Shown: piece after piece, positions 57,766 through 64,000 of the stretch | Position numbering within the stretch: the stretch's first letter is position 1 | How the letters are laid out: each line of letters begins with the position of its first letter | Source of the DNA: Myxococcota bacterium | GTDB lineage: Bacteria > Myxococcota_A > UBA9160 > SMWR01 | Assembly: GCA_035541475.1 (NCBI GenBank) | Contig: DATKND010000056.1 | Span: 154 to 64,153 of the forward strand | Length of the DNA: 64,000 nt | Reading direction: 5' to 3' | Program-made: the position numbers and the translations under genes | Notes under the pieces: generated by a model | The model's input: the letters and a program-made list of their open reading frames with translations, nothing else | Told to the model about the DNA's origin: nothing | Databases searched by the model: none

Positions 57766-58560
57766 GTGCGCGTCGCGCTCAGCATCGCGGGCTCCGATCC
57801 GACCGGCGGCGGCGGACTCCAGACCGATCTCCAGGTGTTCCGCGCGCTCGGCGTGCACGGCGCCGGCGTGGTCACCGCGCTGACCGTGCAGGACACCGAG
57901 AAGGTCCACGAGGTGCTGCCGGTGTTCCCGAACGTCGTGCTCGCGCAGCTCCGCGTGCTGCTGCGCGACGTCCAGCCCGACGCCGTGAAGCTCGGCATGC
58001 TGGCCACCGACGACGTCGCCCGCAGCGTCGAGCTCGGCCTGCGCGAGCTCGACGTGTCGCGCCACGTTCCGATCGTGATCGACCCGGTGCTCGCCGCGTC
58101 CGACGGCACGCCGCTGCTCGAGCGCCGCGCCTTCGGCACGCTCCAGGACCTCGTGTCGCGCTGCACGCTCGTCACGCCGAACCTGCCGGAGGCCGCGCTG
58201 CTGACGGGCTGCGACGTCTCCACCGAGGAGGGAGTCGAGGCGGCGGCGTCGGCGCTCGTCACGGGCCTCGGCGCGAATGCCGCGCTCGTGAAGGGCGGTC
58301 ACCGCGAAGGCCCGCCCGACGACCTGCTCGCGCTGCGCCAGGGCGGGAGCGCGAGCTTCAGTTGGCTGCGCGGCGAGCGCATCGACGCGGGCCCCGTGCG
58401 CGGAACCGGCTGCGCGCTCGCCTCGGCGATCGCGGCGCACCTCGCGCGCGGTGCCGCGCTCGAGAGCGCGATCGCCATGTCGAGGGAGTTCCTGCGCGAC
58501 GCGCTGCGGAAAGCGAAGAGCCGTGGCCGGCGCGCGCGATTTCTGGGTTATGGCCTTTGA
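57766..58560 (+). CDS. thiD: hydroxymethylpyrimidine/phosphomethylpyrimidine kinase
   Basis: 264 aa: VALSIAGSDPTGGGGLQTDL, KLGML, VIDPVL, TPNLPEA, GTGCALASAIAA. Confidence 0.9.
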   Translation: MRVALSIAGSDPTGGGGLQTDLQVFRALGVHGAGVVTALTVQDTEKVHEVLPVFPNVVLAQLRVLLRDVQPDAVKLGMLATDDVARSVELGLRELDVSRHVPIVIDPVLAASDGTPLLERRAFGTLQDLVSRCTLVTPNLPEAALLTGCDVSTEEGVEAAASALVTGLGANAALVKGGHREGPPDDLLALRQGGSASFSWLRGERIDAGPVRGTGCALASAIAAHLARGAALESAIAMSREFLRDALRKAKSRGRRARFLGYGL

Positions 58561-59642
58561 TCCGATTGGGCGAAGTCGGCCAGCCGCACGGGAAGCCGGC
58601 GCGCGCCCCAGCGACCGGGCGGGCCGTCGAAGACGCCCGGCAGCGGCGTCGCGCAGGCCGTGCAGCGGCCCTTCTCGTCGAGCCGCCAGGCGCCGAGCTC
58701 GTAGCCGTCGCGCTCGATCACGCAGGCTCCGCACGCGTGGCAATAGCTGCTCTGGCCGCGCGGATCGTGCACGTTGCCCGTGTAGACGTGGCGCATGCCG
58801 TGGCCGCGCGCGATCTCTCGCGCGCGCGTCAAGGTCGAGGCCGGCGTGCGCGGGCGGTCGAGCATCTTGTAGTCCGGGTGGAAGGCGCTGAAGTGCCAGG
58901 GCACGTCGGGGCCGAGGTGCGTCACCATCCACTCGCTCATCGCGTGGAGCGTCGCGTCGGCGTCGTTCGCGCCGGAGATGAGCAGGGTCGTCACCTCGAG
59001 CCAGACCCGCGTCTCGCGCACGAGGTATTCGAGCGTCTCCAGCACCGACGCGAGCCGCGCGCCGCAGACCTTCTCGTAGAAGCTCTCGTCGAAGCCCTTC
59101 AGGTCGACGTTCGCGGCGTCCATCTCGGCGAAGAGCTCCGCGCGCGGCTCCGGGCACACGTAGCCCGCCGTGACCGCGACGGCGCGCACGCCGCGCGCGT
59201 GACAGGCGCGCGCGGTCTCCGTCGCGTACTCCAGGAAGATCACGGGGTCGTTGTAGGTGAAGGCCACGCTGCGGCAGCCGAGCTGCGCGGCCGCGCGCGC
59301 GATCGCGTCCGGCGGCGCGGCGTCGGCGAGCGTGTCGACGTCGCGCGACTTGCTGATGTCCCAGTTCTGGCAGAAGCGGCACGTCAGGTTGCAGCCGGCG
59401 GTCCCGAAGGAGAGGACGGGCGTGCCCGGCAGGAAGTGCGCGAGTGGCTTCTTCTCGATCGGATCGATGCAGTAGCCGCTCGAGCGGCCGAAGGTGGTGA
59501 GCACCACCGCGTCCTGCTCTCGCGCGCGCACGAAGCAGAGCCCTCGCTGCCCCTCGGAGAGCTGGCAGTGGCGCGGGCAGACGTCGCACTGGAGCTTGCC
59601 GTCCGCGAGCGCGTGCCAGTGGCGGGTCGGATGCCCCTGCAT
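58548..59642 (-). CDS. amrS: AmmeMemoRadiSam system radical SAM enzyme
   Basis: 364 aa from the ATG at 59642. N-terminal CDVCPRHC auxiliary Cys motif, radical SAM CNLTCRFCQNW, divergent from the MEMO/AMMECR1 pair. 13-nt tail overlap with thiD. Confidence 0.85.
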   Translation of the reverse strand: MQGHPTRHWHALADGKLQCDVCPRHCQLSEGQRGLCFVRAREQDAVVLTTFGRSSGYCIDPIEKKPLAHFLPGTPVLSFGTAGCNLTCRFCQNWDISKSRDVDTLADAAPPDAIARAAAQLGCRSVAFTYNDPVIFLEYATETARACHARGVRAVAVTAGYVCPEPRAELFAEMDAANVDLKGFDESFYEKVCGARLASVLETLEYLVRETRVWLEVTTLLISGANDADATLHAMSEWMVTHLGPDVPWHFSAFHPDYKMLDRPRTPASTLTRAREIARGHGMRHVYTGNVHDPRGQSSYCHACGACVIERDGYELGAWRLDEKGRCTACATPLPGVFDGPPGRWGARRLPVRLADFAQSDQRP

Positions 59643-59712
59643 GGCGACGGAACCTAACGTCCGGCGGCATGCCTGCCCAACGCGCGGCGCGTCCGCCCGA
59701 TACACTGGCCCC

Positions 59713-60516
59713 ATGGCTCGATTTCGCGCGGTCCGGCCCCCTGCCTTCGCGGGCACGTTCTATCCCGGCGTGCCCGCGGCGCTCGAGGAGGCGGTGGAGC
59801 GCTACCTGGCCGCGGCGCCCGCGGGCGCGGCGCACGAGCCCGTCGCGAAGGCGCTGATCGCGCCGCACGCGGGCTACGTCTACTCGGGCCCCGTCGCGGC
59901 CAGCGCCTATGCGCGCGTGGCGTCGCGCCGCGGCGCCATCACGCGCGTCGTGCTGATCGGCCCCTCCCACCGCGTCTTCCTGCGCGGTCTCGCGGCCCCC
60001 GACTCCGACGCCTTCGCGACACCGCTCGGCGACGTCCCGATCGACCGCGCCTGGCTGGCGCGCGCTCTGGCGCTGCCGCAGGTGCAGGTGCTGGACCGCG
60101 CGCACGCCTCCGAGCACAGCCTCGAGGTGCACCTGCCGTTCCTCCAGGTGGCGCTCGGGCACTTCGCGCTGGTGCCGCTCGTCGCCGGTGACGCGTCGCC
60201 CGAGGAGGTCGCGCAGGTGCTCGACGCGCTCTGGGGCGGTGACGAGACGCTCGTCGTGGTGAGCTCGGATCTCTCGCACTACGAGCCCTACGAGACCGCA
60301 CGGCGCCTCGATCACGCGACCGCGCGCGCGATCGAGTCGCTGCGCGAGGATGCGATCGGAGAGGACGACGCCTGCGGGCGCGTGCCGATCCGCGGGCTGC
60401 TGGTCGCGGCACGCGCGCGCGGGCTCTCGGTGCGCGCGCTCGACCTGCGGAACTCCGGCGATACGGCCGGTCCGCGCGACCGCGTGGTGGGGTATGGGTC
60501 CTTCGCAGTCGCTTGA
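59713..60516 (+). CDS. amrB: AmmeMemoRadiSam system protein B (MEMO1 family)
   Basis: 267 aa from the ATG at 59713: PAFAGTFYP, PHAGYVYSGPVAA, EHSLEVHLPFLQ, SSDLSHY. Confidence 0.85.
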   Translation: MARFRAVRPPAFAGTFYPGVPAALEEAVERYLAAAPAGAAHEPVAKALIAPHAGYVYSGPVAASAYARVASRRGAITRVVLIGPSHRVFLRGLAAPDSDAFATPLGDVPIDRAWLARALALPQVQVLDRAHASEHSLEVHLPFLQVALGHFALVPLVAGDASPEEVAQVLDALWGGDETLVVVSSDLSHYEPYETARRLDHATARAIESLREDAIGEDDACGRVPIRGLLVAARARGLSVRALDLRNSGDTAGPRDRVVGYGSFAVA

Positions 60517-61066
60517 GCTCTTCGAAGGCGAGCGCGCCGCGTTGCGCGCGGTCGCGCTGCGAGCCGTCGAGAGCGCCGCGCACGGCGCACCGCTCCTCGA
60601 AATCGATCCCGACGAGCACGCGCCGCGCCTGCGCGCGCCGGGCGCGTCGTTCGTCACCTTGCGGCTCGAGGGCGAGCTGCGCGGCTGCGTCGGACGGCTC
60701 GAGGCGGTCGACCCGCTGGTGCGCGACGTCGCGCGCAGCGCGCACCGTGCCGCGTGCGCGGACACGCGCTTCGAGCGCGTGCTGCCGCACGAGCTCGCTG
60801 GACTCGAGCTGAAGATCTCCGTGCTCTCGCCGCTCGAGCCGCTGCGCGTCGCGAGCGAGGCGGAGCTCCTCGCCGCACTCCGCCCTGGCGTCGACGGCCT
60901 CGTGCTGCGAGAGAGCGTGCGCGGCGCGACCTTCCTGCCGGCGGTGTGGGAGTCGCTGCCCGCGCCGGAAGAGTTCCTGCGCGAGCTGCTGCGCAAAGCG
61001 GGGCTGCCGGGGCGCTACTGGTCCGACACCCTGCGCTTCGAGCGCTACACGTCGTTCGAGTTCTAG
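60494..61066 (+). CDS. amrA: AmmeMemoRadiSam system protein A (AMMECR1 domain)
   Basis: 190 aa from the ATG at 60494 (23-nt overlap with amrB). Hallmark LRGCVG plus RF..V region. The start could also be further downstream. Confidence 0.8.
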   Translation: MGPSQSLELFEGERAALRAVALRAVESAAHGAPLLEIDPDEHAPRLRAPGASFVTLRLEGELRGCVGRLEAVDPLVRDVARSAHRAACADTRFERVLPHELAGLELKISVLSPLEPLRVASEAELLAALRPGVDGLVLRESVRGATFLPAVWESLPAPEEFLRELLRKAGLPGRYWSDTLRFERYTSFEF

Positions 61067-61076
61067 CGAGCAAGCA

Positions 61077-61094
61077 GGCCGACGAATGTCGGCC
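61077..61094. terminator. 7-bp stem hairpin GGCCGAC-GAAT-GTCGGCC between convergent amrA and mpl
   Basis: Read directly, centred in the 38-nt gap (amrA stop 61066, mpl stop 61105). Confidence 0.4.
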
Positions 61095-61104
61095 CGGCAA
61101 GGCC

Positions 61105-62541
61105 CTAGCTGTCCGCTGCGAGGCGCTCGAGCAGCCGACCCCAGATGCCGCCGAAGTCGCCGTTGCTCATCACGAGCACGACGTCGCCGGGGCGCGCGCG
61201 GCGGGCGATCTCCGCGACGAGGTCGTCGACCGACTCGCGCGACAGCGCTTCCTTGCCGCGCCGCGAAAGCGCCTCGGCGATCGCTTCGGCCGAGAGCCGG
61301 TCGCGCACCTCGCCGAAGGCGCTGTAGATGGGGCCGTCCGGCACGCGGCGCACGAACACGAGATCGGCCTCTGCGAGCGCGTCGGCGTACTCGGACTGGA
61401 AGACCGCACGCCGACTGGTGTTGCTGCGCGGCTCGAAGACCGCGACCACGCGGCGTCCCGGGTAACGCGCGCGCGCCGCGCCGATCGAGGCGGCGACCGC
61501 CGTCGGGTGGTGCGCGAAGTCGTCGAGCACCGTTACGCCGCCCGCGCTCCCGCGCTCCTCCATGCGGCGCTTGACGCCCTGGAAGCGCGGCAGCGCCGCC
61601 GCGGCCTCGGCGAAGGGCACGCCGAGCGCTTCGACGCATGCGAGCGCGCCGAGGCTGTTCTCGACGTTGAAGGTGCCGTGGAGCGGCGTCGCGGCCGAGC
61701 CGATCCGCGCGCCGCCGCGCCAGACTTCGAAGCGCGTGCCGCCGGTCTCGGGCACGAGCGCGCGCGCGTGCCACTCGCCCGGCGCGCGGATCGCGTCGGC
61801 GGCGTAGCCGACCACGCGACAGGGCGCGTCGCGCAGCACGTCGCGCACGCCCGCGTGCGCGGTCGCCGCGACGATCGTGCCGTCCGGCGGCATGCCCGAC
61901 ACCAACGTGCGAAAGGCCTGCTTCACGTGCTCGAGGTCGCGGTAGATGTCGGCGTGATCGAACTCGACGGAGGTCAGCAGCAAGGTGCGCGGGTGGTAGT
62001 GCAGGAACTTCGGCGTCTTGTCGAAGAAGGCCGTGTCGTACTCGTCGCCTTCGACGACGAAGTGCGCGCCCTCGCCCTCGCGGAAGCTGCCGTCGAAGTC
62101 GAGCGTAACGCCGCCGACGAGCAGCGACGGGTCGCGGCCGGTCGCCTTCAAGAGGTAGGCGACGAGCGAGGTGGTGGTGGTCTTGCCGTGCGTGCCGGCC
62201 ACGACGACCGAGTGGCGCCCCGCCATCGCGAGCTCGTAGAGGGCGTCGGGGAAGGAGCGATAGGTGAAGCCCTCGTCGATCGCGGCGCGTGCCTCCGCGT
62301 TGTCGGCACGCACCGCGTTGCCGATCACGACGAGGTCCGGATCCGCCTCGAGCACGTGCTCGGCGCGGAAGCCCTCGCGCACGGGGATCCCCCAGCCCGC
62401 GAGCATGGTGCTCATCGGCGGATAGAGCTTCTCGTCCGAGCCCGTCACGCGGAGCCCGCGCGCGTGCAGGAGGCCCGCGAGCGAGCCCATGCCCGTGCCG
62501 CCGATCGCGACGAAGTGCACACTGCGCGGGGACTTCGTCAC
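61105..62541 (-). CDS. mpl: UDP-N-acetylmuramate:L-alanyl-gamma-D-glutamyl-meso-diaminopimelate ligase
   Basis: 478 aa from the GTG at 62541 (GTGA overlap): HFVAIGGTGMGSLAGLL, AGTHGKTTTTS, EGDEYDTAFFDK, which is Mpl-specific rather than MurC. Confidence 0.88.
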   Translation of the reverse strand: MTKSPRSVHFVAIGGTGMGSLAGLLHARGLRVTGSDEKLYPPMSTMLAGWGIPVREGFRAEHVLEADPDLVVIGNAVRADNAEARAAIDEGFTYRSFPDALYELAMAGRHSVVVAGTHGKTTTTSLVAYLLKATGRDPSLLVGGVTLDFDGSFREGEGAHFVVEGDEYDTAFFDKTPKFLHYHPRTLLLTSVEFDHADIYRDLEHVKQAFRTLVSGMPPDGTIVAATAHAGVRDVLRDAPCRVVGYAADAIRAPGEWHARALVPETGGTRFEVWRGGARIGSAATPLHGTFNVENSLGALACVEALGVPFAEAAAALPRFQGVKRRMEERGSAGGVTVLDDFAHHPTAVAASIGAARARYPGRRVVAVFEPRSNTSRRAVFQSEYADALAEADLVFVRRVPDGPIYSAFGEVRDRLSAEAIAEALSRRGKEALSRESVDDLVAEIARRARPGDVVLVMSNGDFGGIWGRLLERLAADS

Positions 62542-63701
62542 GTCGCGGCTCCGGCGTCGAACGCCTCGCGGATCAGATCGTGCACGATCGGCCGCAGCTC
62601 GAACTTGCTGCGCTTGGCGACCTGGTGGACGCGGTTCGTCAGCATCACGACGACGCACTCGCGCTCGAGATCGATCCAGAGCGACGTGCCGGTGAAGCCG
62701 AGGTGCCCGATCGACGTGGCGCTGAAGTAGCGCCCCGACGACGACGCGCCCGGGGTCGGCGTGTCCCAGCCGAGCGCCCAGTCCGACTTCTCGGGCAGGC
62801 GCTGTCGCGTCGCGAAGGCGCGCAGCAGCTCGCGCGGCAGCGCGTCGCTGCGCCCGTGCCAGACGTCGAGCACGGTCCAGGCGAAGCGCATCACGTCGTC
62901 GGCCGAGGCGAAGAGGCCCGCGTGCCCGGCGACGCCGCCCATCGCCCAGGCGTTCGGGTCGTGCACCTCGCCCCACAGGATCCGCTCGCGCCAGGGACAG
63001 TTCTCGGTGGCCGCGGTGCGGCGGCGCAGCGCGTCCGGCATGCCGCCGCCAACGCCTTGCGGCACGAAGAAGGTCTCGGCGAGGCCGAGCGGGCCGGTGA
63101 CGCGCTCGCGCGTGAAGTCGTCGAGCCGGCGCTGCGACACCGCCTCGACCAGCGCGCCGAGCGCGATGAAGTCGAGATCGCCGTAGACGGCCGCGGCGCC
63201 GGGCTCGTGCACGAGTCCGGAGCGCAGCACGCGCCCGACGATGAGCTCGCGCCCGGCGGGCGTCCCCAGCCAGCGCTCGCCGGTCTTGCGCTCCTTCTCG
63301 AGCAGCAGCTCGTGGAAGGGGCGCCAGGGCTTGAGCCCCGAGGAGTGCGTCAGCAGGTGGCGCACCGTCACGCGCTCCTTCTCGCGCTCGGCGAACTCCG
63401 GCAGGTACTTCGCGACCGGCGAGTCGAGCTCGACGGCGCCGTCGTGTGTCAGCCAGAGGAGCGACGTCGTCGTCGCGATCGGCTTGGTCAGCGAGGCCAG
63501 ATCGAAGAGCGTCTCGCGCGTCATCGGCAGGCTCTCGGGACGCACGACCGACTGGCCGCGCACGGAGCAGTGCTCGAAGGGCTCGCCCTCGTGCCGCATA
63601 CGCGCCAGCACGACGGCGCCCGGGATCTCGGAGGCTTCGATCGCCTTGTCGATCGCGCGATCGACGCGGGCGAGCTTGCGCCGGACGAGACTCCACTTCA
63701 C
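62538..63701 (-). CDS. beta-lactamase-fold serine hydrolase (class C / PBP4*-AmpH-like)
   Basis: 387 aa. SxxK motif ASLTKPI, YGD (YxN-like) region, HLGFTG (KTG-like). GTG start. Confidence 0.8.
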   Translation of the reverse strand: MKWSLVRRKLARVDRAIDKAIEASEIPGAVVLARMRHEGEPFEHCSVRGQSVVRPESLPMTRETLFDLASLTKPIATTTSLLWLTHDGAVELDSPVAKYLPEFAEREKERVTVRHLLTHSSGLKPWRPFHELLLEKERKTGERWLGTPAGRELIVGRVLRSGLVHEPGAAAVYGDLDFIALGALVEAVSQRRLDDFTRERVTGPLGLAETFFVPQGVGGGMPDALRRRTAATENCPWRERILWGEVHDPNAWAMGGVAGHAGLFASADDVMRFAWTVLDVWHGRSDALPRELLRAFATRQRLPEKSDWALGWDTPTPGASSSGRYFSATSIGHLGFTGTSLWIDLERECVVVMLTNRVHQVAKRSKFELRPIVHDLIREAFDAGAAT

Positions 63702-63711
63702 GACGCGCTTC

Positions 63712-64000
63712 TCACCCCCTCGCCACCCCCGCCTCGACGATCCGCACCTCGCCGCGACGGGCGTCGATCGTAGCGCGCGCTCCGAAGGGCCACGCGCGGT
63801 TCGCGAGCCCGTGTCCGAAGGGCAGGTCGAGCACCACCGGCACGCGCAACGGCCGCAGGACGTCGAGCAGCACCTGCTCCACGTCGGGCTGCGGATACTT
63901 CACGTCCGTGCAGGTCGAGAAGTCGCCGACGCCGACGCCGGCCAGATCCGCGAGCTTTCCCGCCCCGCGCAGCTGCTGGAGCATGCGGTCGATGCGGTAG
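63712..64000 (-). CDS. ldcA: LD-carboxypeptidase (muramoyltetrapeptide carboxypeptidase), C-terminal part only
   Basis: In-frame to the window edge: ...YRIDRMLQQLRGAGKLADLAGVGVGDFS...VPVVLDLPFGHGLANRAWPFG. The S66 peptidase C-terminal domain carries the catalytic His in FGH. The 5' end lies beyond 64000. Confidence 0.8.
   Translation of the reverse strand, partial: YRIDRMLQQLRGAGKLADLAGVGVGDFSTCTDVKYPQPDVEQVLLDVLRPLRVPVVLDLPFGHGLANRAWPFGARATIDARRGEVRIVEAGVARG

Overview
High-GC (~70%, judged by eye and a few hand counts) bacterial chromosomal segment, densely coding, with strong GC3 bias and many 4-nt start/stop overlaps. I saw no rRNA, tRNA, CRISPR array, IS element or prophage. Taxon cannot be assigned from the sequence; gene content fits an aerobic Gram-negative, possibly Myxococcota/deltaproteobacteria-like. 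Minus-strand aa3-type cytochrome c oxidase cluster (1-6800): ctaB, MFS, DUF420, dihaem cytochrome c, an untracked 35-aa TM ORF, coxB, ctaD, ctaE, subunit IV. Then EamA transporter, ptsP (EI-Ntr), a small XRE regulator, an AsmA-like giant protein and rfaE domain II. A complete six-gene MoxR/DUF58/vWA/BatD (Bat-type) operon sits at 14454-21734. mobA-moeA follow. A 21-kb co-directional string runs dusB(nifR3)-ntrB-ntrC-thiE-nupC-tpsB1-tpsA1-tpsB2-tpsA2. After that come a metabolic block (acetoacetyl-CoA synthetase, isoaspartyl peptidase, GNAT, prpE-like), a TMTC-like GT-C/TPR protein, NnrU, VOC, cytochrome c peroxidase, apbC and thiD. The window ends with the AmmeMemoRadiSam trio and a peptidoglycan-recycling cluster (mpl, beta-lactamase-fold hydrolase, ldcA partial). 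The most unusual element is the tandemly duplicated two-partner secretion locus (29236-44863). It encodes two giant glycine-rich beta-helix-like exoproteins that share a conserved, unassigned C-terminal module, with no toxin/immunity signature. Secondary points: a BatD protein fused in frame to a chaperone-like (CesT/YbjN-like) domain, a hidden small ORF in the cox operon, several intergenic palindromes/hairpins, and three convergent gene pairs ending on a shared CTAG. All functional calls come from reading motifs in the supplied translations; no database search was run.
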